64,000 nucleotides of DNA. Source: Chrysomallon squamiferum (Eukaryota; Animalia; Mollusca). The stretch spans positions 20,088,001 to 20,152,000 of the forward strand of contig CM022667.1 in the NCBI GenBank assembly GCA_012295275.1. The letters are read 5' to 3'. The position numbers were made by a program, and so were the translations under genes. The notes under the pieces are model-generated. The model saw only the letters and a program-made list of their open reading frames with translations, was not told the DNA's origin and did no database searches. Each line of letters starts with the position of its first letter. Positions within the stretch are counted from its first letter, which is position 1. This document shows, piece by piece, positions 40,758-53,600 of the stretch.

Positions 40758-42395
40758 CTGAAAAATAAATGTATGCATTAATAAAAGATAATCTCTTTTT
40801 AAATCCTGTATAATTTCAGTATTAGAACAGATGGCCCAGTAAAACAAATATTTCTGTTTCGGTTTCCTATTACAAAAGGTTCTTATAATATAAAATAATT
40901 TTTTAAAACAACGTTTCGTTTACTTTAAATTTTATTATTCTCATATATTGAAGCTGTATATAAATTACCTTGGCATGAGTGGCATCACTTTTTACAAACG
41001 TATCAATACTGCTTCTGAGTTTAGCTATTCTTAAGTCCCAAATGTCTTTTATTAAAGTGCGAACGTCATCTGCCCTTGGGATGTCATCAGTAGCACTTGA
41101 ACACAAATTTAAAATCATTTCAGGATAAAATAAATATTAAAAAAACCAACCATATAACAGATATATATATATATATATATATTCTATAAAAGATTATGAA
41201 AAATATTTCTGTTTTCATTGAAAAAACTGTCAACTGTAACATTGTGAAGTTGTTAAAACTTCATTTATCATTCATATAATATTAAAATTACTTAATATAA
41301 GAAATATATTACACATTAAATACTAGGAATAGTTTTTAAATTATTTCACTTTGTCGAAAACTAAATTATAGTTTAAAGACAACTGCAAAACTATTCAAAA
41401 GAAGTCAGTTTTGAGAAATTACCTCTTTAATAACAACTGTGTGATCTCCATGTAAAACCTGCTTGGCATTTCAGTAAAAAATTTAGAATCATTTTCAGCT
41501 CGTTTTTTCTCTTCAAGTTTCTCTAAGAAAACAAAAAATATCTTTAAACACCTCTAGTTCACGAGAAATATTATTTCACACACAAACAACAAAAATATGA
41601 TAATTGCAAAATTATTGTTAACCAACCGATGTCCATCCAATCAGGGGGAATAACTCTGCACTTCTGTCTCTGTTTAAGGTTTACAGCAAGCCAGAGAGGA
41701 ACTTGTACTGACAAGCCAGGAGAAAAAGGACCAATATCTCCCTGAAAAAAAAAAAAAAAAAAAAAAAATTGATATACAGTTTTGTTCTCTTTAAAATATA
41801 TTATTTATTATCATTTTGTTGTTTGCAAAAATACAACCTAACAATACAAACGTAGTAACATGTTACACTCAAACTGGATTTGCATTTGGCCATGATTAGA
41901 CATGAACTGCTATTGTTGTATTGGAAATTATTAGTTATCCTGCATATTCAGCTAATGCCATTAAACTATTCCATTAATTAGTATTCTTATTTTATTTTGA
42001 TACTGGCAGAATCAAGGCCAATAGATTGAATAGTGCCAATACTACCACAGCTTCTGAATTGGTATTGTTATAATTCATTAATTGTATAATTACTAAATTT
42101 ACTTACTAGTTATAAGTTAGTAAGTTAAACTGTTCTGGAACTATACGAATTTAAAAAAAAATAATAATAATAATAATAAAAACGAATACAAATAGATAAG
42201 AAAGAAAACAGAAATGAAAAAATAAAATGATACATAAATTTTATAATATATTATATAATGAATTATTTTCGGTATCCTGCTTCAGCTTTTGTAAAAAGAA
42301 CTTACGCCAATCAAATAAATTTTGTCCTGTGAAAAATTAGGAACAACTGAAACCATTTCCTTTTCTGCTAAAAATTCAACTTCGGCCGGGTCCAT
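40638..42395 (-). CDS. GINS2: DNA replication complex GINS protein PSF2, 183 aa, 5 exons
   Basis: Exons 42395-42306, 41741-41627, 41522-41423, 41095-40969, 40757-40638. Translation [13 protein letters not shown]...[28 protein letters not shown]...[25 protein letters not shown]...[13 protein letters not shown] is clearly Psf2. Confidence 0.98.
40969..41095 (-). CDS. GINS2: GINS2 exon 4 (127 nt)
   Basis: ttcaag acceptor, AAG|gtaatt donor. Confidence 0.95.
41423..41522 (-). CDS. GINS2: GINS2 exon 3 (100 nt)
   Basis: [31 protein letters not shown]. Confidence 0.95.
41627..41741 (-). CDS. GINS2: GINS2 exon 2 (115 nt)
   Basis: polyT-cag acceptor, G|gttggt donor; VPLWLA motif. Confidence 0.96.
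42306..42395 (-). CDS. GINS2: GINS2 exon 1 (90 nt)
   Basis: ATG at 42395, donor GGC|gtaagt. Confidence 0.96.
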
Positions 42396-42520
42396 GATCG
42401 ATAAACATTAGAGTTAACCTCATTAAGTATCAATAATCATAAATTGCAAATTTCGCGCAAAATCTCAAGAAGGGGAAGTAAGTAGTTGCTCCACTTCCGG
42501 ATAAATAAGAAAATGGCAGC
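42396..42520. promoter_or_regulatory. Compact bidirectional promoter between GINS2 and TMEM143
   Basis: Divergent ATGs at 42395(-) and 42513(+). E2F site TTTCGCGC 42451-42458, ETS CCGGAAGTGG (-) 42491-42500, GGAAGT ~42474, YY1-like AAAATGGCAGC 42510-42520, DRE-like ATCGATA 42397-42403. Confidence 0.75.
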
Positions 42521-42593
42521 CTCCTTATTTTATCGGAAAGTCGGTGTTTTAAGTAAAAATATAGCACAAAGCAACATTTTGCATACGCATAAG
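42513..42593 (+). CDS. TMEM143: TMEM143 exon 1 (MAASLFYRKVGVLSK...)
   Basis: AAAATGG start context, AAG|gtaagt donor, phase 0. Confidence 0.8.
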
Positions 42594-44256
42594 GTAAGTC
42601 AGTTACCTTCTTTATGTCAATTTTTGTAAGCAAACGTCCAGCTGATATCTGACATAATATTTATTATAAAAGGAAACTTGAAAGAACTTATCTTACGATT
42701 ATTTTATTATTTATTTGCACAGACCGGTAGCATTTCCTTGTTAGTTGTTTGTAATTTTATAGAGAAATAAAAGCATTATTACTTATGTTGCAGTATTTTG
42801 ACTATTTCTGCATTATTTATCGTATTTGAATGTAGTTAATATTATGTTGCACTTTGGAAAGAGCAAATGAGGTCAAGGATATTTTCATTGCCATCCGATA
42901 CATGAGTTGTAACCTAATTCAGTAATTCACTAATTGTCTTTTTTTAAACAACAGCTTTTGGAACATGCTTTTTATGTGTAAACATAATTTCCTTTTTAGA
43001 GATTTCAAAAATTTAATGAATTATTTTTGTAATTTGACTGAAATAACCATAAAGAAATGTAACTGAATAATATTCAAAGGTCAATTGTATTCTTTTTATA
43101 TCATATAATTTTTTGTGAGAGAATAGTATTGTGATATACACAGTGAATTTATAGAATGTCAATTCTTATCTATCTTTTTATTTTAATTAATTTTATAATT
43201 GCAGTTTACAAGTTTAAGACATATCAAATGTTTATGCAGTATTCGTATCGCATGGAAAGAGCAACATGTCTTTGTGCGTGCCTTGTCGACCACAGCAGAA
43301 TCTTCCCATGACACTAGTAAAACTGCAACAGTCCATCCAGTAAAAGAATTACCAAGTGAAGAAGACTTGTACAAGTAAAATATAAATTTAATTTAAACCT
43401 AAAATGAAAAATAATTTGTATTTAATATTTAACTTTAATCATTACTACCATGAAGCTAACTGTAAATGGCAGTATCTGGCATTATCATTCTTTTTAATCT
43501 GCAAAGAAACAACTATATCAGTACAAACACTGGTAGATTTGTAATTCAGAAACTTTAACATGATAATAAGAATTGATTATTAATACAAAGTTTGTGGTAC
43601 AGTCTATTAATATTACATGTATGTAAAATAAGTTTTCACATTTCATGAAAGAATAACAGATATGACAGCCACAGGGCCTACAATATCACTGAAAGATGAA
43701 TTATTTTTTTTTGAATGAGTTTGTTGGGATAATATTTTTAAATCTTTGCTAAAAGTAAAAGTAAAAAAATGAATTAAAATATTTTAGGTTTTTTTTTAAT
43801 TCAGAGAGCGTTACATCCCTATAACAAGAAAGTCTATAATTCGTCATCTCCTGCAGGATGAAAGTTTGCTTACAGAAAAAGAAAAGAAAATATTTGATGA
43901 CTTCGCTTTAGCCTTAGATTCTGCTATTGTCAGCAAATATCATGGAATACTTCAGGAACTTAAGGTACTTCCATTTCAGAGATTTAGTCTCCACAAATCA
44001 TTGATTATAAATTTGTTTTAAGAATTTAATGTGTACATGTTGAATCTTTTTTCCTTCTATATGTTAATTTTAATTTATTATGGAATTCTGTAATTTTTAA
44101 ATGTGAGAAGTATATAAGTCATTTTTTAACATTATTGCTGTGTGGTTACAGTAGTTGGTATATTCCTGTCTAGGAGAAAATGTATAAAAACATACCTGTT
44201 CTTAGAAATCAGGAGAAATACACACACACACACAGACACAGACACACACACATACA

Positions 44257-44316
<60 letters not shown>

Positions 44317-44336
44317 CACACAGACACACACACGCA

Positions 44337-44388
<52 letters not shown>

Positions 44389-46989
44389 GCACTTAACTGA
44401 GTGTTGGGTGAGAACAAAATTTAGGAATGATTTCCAATTTAAATACTAAATCTATCACAAATAATATAAAATTTTATTTAAATCTGAGATAATTAGATAA
44501 ACACAACATACTCCTGTCATTTTGTCAACACTGGATTTTTATTTCAGGATTAATTATTATAATGAATTCAGTGTAGGCATAACACCAGCGATCACAGTTG
44601 ATTTATCACCATCTGGTAATATCCCTGAAAAAAAAAAATCAGTTATGTAAATATGTAATTATTGTTTTATAAATGCATCTTAACCATATTTTGTCTTACA
44701 AGTTTCAAAACAAATGTATGAAAAAAAGATCTTGAAATAATTAAGTAAAGAAAATATATAAAAAAAAGACCTGGTAATAATAAAAAAAAAAACCAGAAAG
44801 AAAGAAACTATCAAATACAGCAAACCAGTACTGAATAATACAATATTCGTTTATACCCCCCAGTATAATGTAGGTGTCAGGTGCAAGTTATTCCCCCATA
44901 ATAAGCAGTCCAGGGTTAAGCTTAAACTTTACATCTGTATATTTTAAAAATGTGTGTACATATATATTTTATTTCTTTTAGATAATGTTTGACCCAATCA
45001 ACCCAGACAAGGATACAATTCAGACAAGACAGCTGAGTCGCCAGGAACGACTTGACAATGAGTTCTGGGTGTTGAAGGGTTTAGAAGATGTCATGCAGAA
45101 AGCTAATTTCCACGAGTTGTCGTCTGCAACAGTCACTTGTGCCCTGAAAGAGCATTCTTCTAGAGAGGGTGTCCGAGTGAGTTCAGACATTTCTTAGGTG
45201 TTGAGTACATTCTTACACGTTTCAAAACATAAACATTAAGTATTCTAAAGTGGTCAGTGTTAATTTAGGAAACACTTTCAATAATATTTTAGGATTCTGA
45301 TTTATAGTGATTATTAAAAAAATGCCTTTTTAGTTATCTGATATTTGAAAAAAAAAATATTTAAAAAAAACAAACATTTCCACAACTGAAAATTTTAAAT
45401 ATATGTCTCTGTTTTTAACATCAAAAATTTGGTTTATTACTAGTATTAAATGAATAAATGTTTTCATATTATTTTTTACAGGTTAGTGTTAATCCAAGCA
45501 AATATGACATTTTGCGATTTTGGGTTTTGGGAAAAGAAACACCAGATCATGTACCTACACTTATGGAGAAGATACAGTATAAAATAACAAAAAAGTTGCC
45601 ACCAAAACCTATACAGTACTACAAGAGAGTCGTTGTAGCTCTTCGGCTAAAAAAAGACGCCAAACTTATGTTAAAGGCATTTAAAGAGATTCCAGTGAAC
45701 AGTCTTGAAATGCTTTTACCAGATGGGACTATTGCCATGGGCCCCTTGGATAAAGGAATTGTGATGACGTCAGTTTTCATAGCCTCTGTTGGCGTGGTAT
45801 CGAAGCTTGTATCTATTTTAGCTGGTCACCATGTTGACTGGGTGCTGGTTGTGACAGCAGTAACAGGTCTGATAGGAATAAGAGCTTGGACTGTTTATAA
45901 AAACCGACGAAATTCCTACCTCGTTGACGTATTGCGGACATTGTATTTCAAAAACATTGCCAACAATCGAGGTTTGCTGACTTTGCTTGTAGACAGAGCA
46001 GAAGATGAGAGTTTGAAAGAGGCTCTCTTGGTGTACATTTTTCTGCTAACCAACAGACCACCATCAGCTAGACAGTCAACAAGCAGCCCTACATCTGAAT
46101 TAGGTATTTTATTGCTTCAAGTTTAAAACCTACATAATTTACTAAATGTGTTTTTAACCATTTAAATCAGCATTTCTGTGATTAATTCTTCTAAACTGAA
46201 AATATTATTTAAGATATAATATAATATTTTCATTTAAAAAAAAAAATCAAAGTATAAATCAAGAACTTTAACTTACTAAATCAACATTACCGTTATTAAT
46301 TATTATAAACTCAACATACTGTAATTAAATATGATTACTTCTACTCAGAAAATTAAAAATGTTTGTTACAACTACAAAATACAGCAATACTATCCATGAA
46401 TTGTGTTTTAAAAATAACAATAGTTCTAAACAGTAAAAGATGTTTAAAAAAAAATAAAAAAAAGCAGTTGGTTTGCTTTGTTATTTTTAAACATTTCTAA
46501 TAACTGGGCGTTAGAAAGTAACACTATACACATAGGAATCTGTATGTATCACAGCTCTCAAACTTGGTGTTTATCTTGCAGTTTGTAAAACCATAAAAAT
46601 ATATTATTATTTGCTTATTTGTTACATTTTTTTTGTTGTTAAATTCTGGTTTTAATTTTAAATTTTTAAAAGGTGGTTTGACATCTCTTCAGCTTGAGAA
46701 AGCGATTGAAGACTTTCTTCATAAAAAGAGTGGAGTGCGTGTTGACGTTGATGTCTCGGAGGCTGTTCAGATTCTGCAGGGTTTCGCTCTCCTCAGTGAG
46801 AAAAATGACAAACTCTTTGTTTTGCCTCTCGAAGCTGCCATGCGAATTCTTCCTCAGCAGCCTCAGTCAGTGATTGTCAGGGCCCGGGAAACTGACATTG
46901 CTGATGGATATGACAGAGACGAGTATTTGGAAACTGAGGACGAGTACAAAGACGAGGAGGAAAAGTCTAGAAAATATGGCTGGTTTTGA
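42513..46989 (+). CDS. TMEM143: Transmembrane protein 143 (DUF3754 family), ~514 aa, 6 exons
   Basis: Exons 42513-42593, 43205-43374, 43805-43964, 44982-45176, 45482-46103, 46673-46989. Motifs ERYIPIT, FDPINPDKDT, YYKRVVVA, LKAFKEIP..LEMLLP, LYFKNIANN.GLL.LLVDRAEDE.LKEALL.Y, two hydrophobic segments. Confidence 0.92.
43205..43374 (+). CDS. TMEM143: TMEM143 exon 2
   Basis: ttgcag acceptor, AA|gtaaaa donor; open frame, phase 0 to 2. Confidence 0.8.
43805..43964 (+). CDS. TMEM143: TMEM143 exon 3 (ERYIPITRKSII)
   Basis: ttcag acceptor, AAG|gtactt donor. Confidence 0.92.
44220..44384 (+). repeat. Imperfect (CA)n microsatellite in a TMEM143 intron
   Basis: Direct. Confidence 0.95.
44982..45176 (+). 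CDS. TMEM143: TMEM143 exon 4 (FDPINPDKDT)
   Basis: ttttag acceptor, CGA|gtgagt donor. Confidence 0.93.
45482..46103 (+). CDS. TMEM143: TMEM143 exon 5 (DUF3754 core and TM segments)
   Basis: ttacag acceptor, G|gtattt donor. Confidence 0.94.
46673..46989 (+). CDS. TMEM143: TMEM143 last exon
   Basis: aag acceptor after a T-rich tract; LEKAIEDFL...VDVDVSEAVQIL...YGWF*. Confidence 0.9.
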
Positions 46990-47464
46990 TAACAGGAAGC
47001 CATAAACATGCATGTTTTGTGTGACTGATTTAGACTTCAAGTGTATATTTCCAAAGCAGACCAAGATTTTCACATGTAAATTTAAAAACAGAGTTTTGTT
47101 TAAATTGTAGCGCACAGTTATTGTGGAAAATTAAAAATGTTTTTTTGTAAGCAGGATCCACTTCAGTGTGAATCATTACAAATTCTTGATGTGCTTGATC
47201 AGAACTGTGTTTCAGTAACTATCTAATATATCAAAATTTGCAGCTTGGAAAAAGTAAATGCTTTGGCTGTGGTAAAAAAGGAGAAATATATTTTTTTGTA
47301 ATTGCCTTTTTTGATATTTTTGTTTACTTCACTGATCTAGCACTTAGAAATTTCATCCCTGTGAAACATATTTATTATAATCATGTCCTATAAAATTTAT
47401 TTACTCCATAAATCTTTTTGATGCTGTTTTTGTACAGAATTATACACCACTTAAAGGACATGTA

Positions 47465-47760
47465 TTAAAAGAAGTTATGTCAGTAAATATCTGTTAGAAA
47501 TAATGTTATTGCTTTTTTTGAAAATTAATTTGTATAGTTTTACACTTCGTTAAAAATTATTTTGACATTTACTCATAGAAGTTTTGTTTTACTGAACAGA
47601 CTGTTACCAGTTTAATTTTGTGCCAGTTTAAAAGAAGTCTGTTGTTAGAAATAATGTTGTGATTTAGTTTTTTTTCTTGAAAATTAATTTCTATAGTTCA
47701 ACGCTTTATGAAAAAGTAGTACAACATTTACTCATAGAAGACTTGTTTTACTGAATAGAC
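47465..47760 (+). repeat. Diverged direct duplication (~135 bp x2) downstream of the TMEM143 stop
   Basis: ttaaaagaagt..tgttagaaataatgtt..gaaaattaattt.tatagtt..acatttactcatagaag..ttgttttactgaa.agac occurs at 47465-47601 and 47627-47760. Confidence 0.85.
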
Positions 47761-50572
47761 CACATCATGTTACAATCAGTTGTCATAACAGAGCTGCAAG
47801 TTCTACATTCCAGAATAAAACCCAACTATGCAATATCTTTATTTTGCATCAGTAAATGTTACAGTCTGGTCAAATTTCTGTTTAGACTCCGAAATTTCAT
47901 AACTTATAAAAAAACAAGGATAGACAGACACACACCTATCTTTTTTTCTTTTTTTTTTTCTAATTATAAGAAATTGATAGACTTCCGTTGGTGATGTTAT
48001 TTAAATTGTATTTTACATGAGTATGCAGACAATGATGTTTGAGATGGTGGATTTTGATAAATCATATTTTGTTTAGAAATTTACAATAAAATTATTGCTT
48101 TGCTTTAAACTGAATTACTGGTAATAACAGTTCAGTGTTTATATGTATTTGCATCATGTAAATAAACAGAGCAATTGAATAGCTGTTACAATTCAATAGG
48201 TCTCGCTTTGATTTTTATTATTTCATTATGTGAATTTGCTTTTCTCTTCTCTTTTCTGTTTGTCAAAACCTGTGATATCTTCTTTGAGGAGGAGGCAGCA
48301 GATAAAAATTCTTTCCCATGCTACTGTATTTTAAAAAAATATATATTTTGCATGAAATATCACTTCTGAACATTTCAAAAACTACTAGCAATGTGACATA
48401 CAATGCATTTTTCTCTACAAACAACTTCATGATTACGAATGCACTAATGCTTAATATTCATTTGATGATTGTAATGGTGATCTATGATTTGGTATTAGAT
48501 AATATTGTAACAACACGTGAATTAAAAACAAGTCTGTTCAAGATGATCAGTTTTATTTATATATTTTTCTACACTGCAATGCTTTATTGCCAGTGAGTAG
48601 CACATGTATGTGAGCCTATTGTTATATATAATGTGTGTAATAACTAAAAATGAACAATTTATGGAATGCTACACGGTAACGACTCATCAACCAGCAAATA
48701 ACATAGTTTGATTAATGCATTATGAATGTGCAAATGAAATATAATCACAGATTTGTAATACAGTAACTTTTCTAACTGAAAACAATATACATTTCAGTCT
48801 GTTCATGATTAAGTATGTAAGACTATTTACAGGAATAAGCAGTTAAGTTGTGCAGAAACTGAAATGATGTGTTTTTACAGCTAATGCCAGGTAACAACAC
48901 ATTTGTAAATAAGACAATGAATATAATCACAGTCCAGAGAATGCTTATCTGAGTATACTGATCTTTTGTGTGTAACAAATATTCAAACATTTCAAATAAC
49001 AAATTCTACACGTGCAATGCATTTTATACATGAAACAACATAAGAAAAAGTTTTGTTTCAGTAATTCTGTGCACTTTAATAAAATCCTTTCAAATGTCCT
49101 TCTTTTGAACATTTTCCATATCAGCTATACATCATCTGAGTTTTCATAAATTATCATTTAAATTTATTCTGTTTTATTTCAAACATAACAAATTAAATGG
49201 ATATGGGAAATTTTCTACAATTACATGTGTCTGGCCCAACAAACACTACACATTAAAGATTCAGTTTCTTTCACATTTAAACACCAAAATAACGTGAAAG
49301 ACTAATATTTCTCAAAATAATGATTTCCAAACAACTAGCTTTAGTACATATTTCAATATACCAAACTTAAAGAAGTTAAATTATGAAATATCTATGACAA
49401 TAAATAAAACACTATGTACAATACATGGTTTTATATCTGAAATTATCTTGATATCTATATATTTACCATATTTAACCATAATGTGTGTTTAATTTTGTGA
49501 AAAGATGAGGCAAGAATAATAAAACTCTTGATGTAAGACTGTTATTGAGAATTGTTTTTTACCATGAAATGCTAACTAACAAGTGAATTATCTCAACAAT
49601 ACCATGTTCTCCTAGCCTAACACATTTTTATTATATGTAGATACATTCCAGCACAGACCGCTACATACAAACATACATACATACAAACATACATACACAC
49701 AAACACATACGTACACACAACAACTACATTCTAAACATTTAAAGAAGAAAAAAAAATCTTATAAGTTGTCCTTAAATTGCAGGTTGTTCACAGTTCATGA
49801 AACATTATGTCTATAATTTTCAACACAAAACATAACTTGCATATGATTAATGATAACAATGAACAAGTTTCCTTACTGAAAAGGCTAAAGATTATCACAG
49901 ATAACACATAAAACAAACATCATTCAGCTGACAACAAATGAAGCTGATAATTTTTTTAATTTTTACATTTTCAAAAACTTTATCCATGGAAATTTTTTAT
50001 TCCCATCAATTCTTTCATGCATATTTATTGACAAAAATCAGAAGTTATAAAGTAATTATTTTTTTAAATTTAATTTTATCATCCATATAATTGTTATTTC
50101 TTTATGGTGTTATATTTTTTCAAAATTAAAAATGATTGTGTCAGAGACTATCTTAACCTTGTACTTTTCTTGTACTCGTGTACAACAGGCTGAATGAGAC
50201 AAAACTCAACTTGATAGAGTAATGTTTGAAATAGCTTTTTTCATTAATCCGTTTCCATTAAAACATTTGTCACCCTTCACTTCATTTATCTTAGTGACAA
50301 CATATTTTTCAAGTGAAATAATTTATTAACAGGTTATTCAATTTTTTATTTTACATGGAACATTTTCTGGATATTAGAGATGAAACAAATTAGTGCCACT
50401 ATAATAATGAGCTCTAAAGATCATGCATGACTGCACTAAATTTATTTACAACACTGTATTTCCTCACTAATACTGTGCTAGGCTAACTTTTTTTTTCAAA
50501 AATTCAAAACAACCTTTCATTAATTAATTACTTTTGGTATCAGTAAATAGGTTTGGCTTCATTCCAGTTATT

Positions 50573-50622
50573 TCATGGTTCCTTGTATTTGTCGATGTTG
50601 TTCCTCAACATAAGAATTTGTT
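50573..50622 (-). CDS. KIAA0513: KIAA0513 last coding exon ([16 protein letters not shown])
   Basis: ttgtag acceptor; TGA at 50575-50573. Confidence 0.88.
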
Positions 50623-53600
50623 CTACAAACACAAAATGGTTAGTTTTAATTACAAGCTATCAAGCCAATAAAAAAAAAAGTAATATACAGCCTTTAATCA
50701 GTAATTTAATACAATAATTAATCACATATGTTCATGCACACATCAGTTTATTTTTACATTCACAGTACAACCAAAATCCATTCATACATTCATTATACAA
50801 CCACATAGCATTTTTACATCCATGAAAGAACCATAATCCATTTTTATATTCATATCTGTCCATTTTTACATTTATGATGCAATCACAATTTTTTTTTATA
50901 TTCCTAATACAACTGCATCTATTTTTACATTCTTTGTACAACAACAATATATTTTACATTGATCCTTACATTTAGTCTATTTATAATCCTTCAAGCAAAA
51001 TCAAATTGTACATTAGCATTATGCAACCATCAATTTGTTTTTGTGTATCCATGAAAATATATAAATAAAAGTGATCTTTTATATATCTGAATCAAAGACC
51101 ATGCTTTTTTTTTATTAACACTGTTAACTGTAGAGTTAAATAAAAGACATACCATCACTCAGGTTGGCAATTGTTGCTTGTTTTCTGAGAAACTCCAGAC
51201 ACAATTCACGACTCAGTCCAAATGCTCTCATGTTGCAGGTAAATGTTCTGTGAACACAAAAGTAAATGAAATTAATCAATTAACAAAAAAAAAACTCAAC
51301 TAAATAGAGCACAGTAAACATTCCCAGGTTTTATTGATTTGTGTGGGTGATTGATTGGTTTTGAATTGATTGATTCAAGTAATGCCAAAACAATTAAAAT
51401 ATACTGAGTACAGTTGGTTGGAACATTTTTTTTTCTTTTAGATTTAAGATTCCATTTGGCATGTCCAAAAAAAAAAAAAAAAAAAAAAAATAATAATAAT
51501 AAATAAAACTGATGTTGATGAAATTAGAAATAAATAATCTATAAGTATAAAAACAAAACAAGAACAACACATGTTTAAGAGAAGGTTGATTGTGAATTAT
51601 AGGAAGCTAATTTCTAACAAAACAAAAAAAAGATCAGTCATAGTGTGCTCACAAGGCTATTGTCAGTTCCAAGTAAAATTTCTGTCAAAATTCATTCTCT
51701 GTGACAGGACATTTATTTTTAATCAGTTGGAACAACAGGCTTCCTTTCTGACTGTCATAATTTAAAAAATAACTGGATGTCATAAACCATTTCCACAAAA
51801 AAATATTATATATTTCTTTCACATTTCTGACATATTTATAACCTAAACAGGGCTTAATCTATCGGTAAAAGAATTTACTGAAAACAGGTTAAGACTTTCC
51901 AAAAACAACATAAAACTTATATAATATATAATAAGCAGCAGTGGACTTTCACTAGATTAAGATGTCAAATGCTAATAATTATTAGTATAAATATGAACTG
52001 AGGTGATGTTCAAAAATATTCTCTGCTCATTTCTTTAAATCTTGTGTATTAACAAACTGATCAAATTAATTGGATAGTGAGAAAATAACTGGATAATAAA
52101 ACAAAACTATATTACATAATTATGTAAGCTTCTTCACAGTTTTCTTGTAACATTATTAATGTTGACATCGCAAACTTGTTACATTTCAAATTGCTTATTA
52201 TTGTGTGTTATTTTTGTTCCATAAGAAGGAATTAACAAATTCTAATGAAGCAATTTGTTTTTTCGTGTTTTTTCTGATTTTAAGTCTACCTACTTACCAT
52301 GTATAGAAAAATTTGATTTAAAAAAAATTGATAATGTATATGGTAATTCTGTTTTTATGTAATTTTATGTTTGTTTTGCAGTCTTTTGTGAGGGAATATT
52401 TATTGATTTATTATTATTATTATTTTTTTATATGATAAAACTAATTAACATTGTAATTATTATATTTTTTTTATGTAATTTTATGTTTGTTTTAATAAAA
52501 TAAGTCTTTTTATAACATGAATAAAAGGGAATATTTATTGAACTACAGTTATAACATGAATGTAAGAATGAACTACAGTTATAAAGATGAATGAACTAAG
52601 TTATAAGATGAATATAAGAATGAACTGTAAGATTAGAATGAACTAGTTATAAGATGAATGTAAGAATGAACTACAGTTATAAGATGAATGTTATAAGATG
52701 AATGTAAGAATGAACTACAGTTATAAGATGAATGTAAGAATGAACTACAGTTATAAGATGAATGTAAGAATGAACTACAGTTATAAGATGAATATAAGAA
52801 TGAACTACAGTTATAAGATGAATGTAAGAATGAACTGCAGTTATAAGATGAATGTAAGAATGAACTACAGTTATAAGATGAATGTAAGAATGAACTGTAG
52901 TTATAAGATGAATGTAAGAATGAACTGTAGTTATAAGATGAATGTAAGAATGAACTGTAGTTATAACATGAATGTAAGAATGAACTGTAGTTATAAGATG
53001 AATGTAAGAATGAACTACAGTTATAAGATGAATGTAAGAATGAACTACAGTTATAAGATGAATGTAAGAATGAACTACAGTTATAAGATGAATGTAAGAA
53101 TGAACTACAGTTATAAGATGAATGTAAGAATGAACTACAGTTATAAGATGAATGTAAGAAATGTAAGAATGAACTACAGTTATAAGATGAATGTAAGAAT
53201 GAACTGTAGTTATAAGATGAATGTAAGAATGAACTGTAGTAAGATGAATAAGAATGAATGATGAATGAAGAATGAACTGTAGTTATAAGATGAATGTAAG
53301 AATGAACTGTAGTTATAAGATGAATGTAAGAATGAACTGTAGTTATAAGATGAATGTAAGAATGAACTGCAGTTATAACATGAATGTAACAATGAACTGT
53401 AGTTATAAGATGAATGTAAGAATGAACTGTAGTTATAAGATGAATGTAAGAATGGACTGTGGTTATAAGATGAATGTAAGAATGGACTGTGTCTATCTCA
53501 TGTAAGATGAAAATCCTTATAAGATGAATGTAAGAATGAACTTGTCATGATGAATGTAAGAATGAACTGTGGTTATAAGATGAATGTAAGAATGGACTGT

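Noticed and set aside
44132-44449. VCVC/HTHT ORFs (also 36827-37176 and 58717-59034)
   Set aside because: They are (CA)n microsatellite translations.
52698-53505. ORFs of repeated [10 protein letters not shown]; CRISPR-like regular array
   Set aside because: These are translations of a 30-bp minisatellite. The units are contiguous with no unique spacers, there are no cas genes, and the context is a eukaryotic intron.
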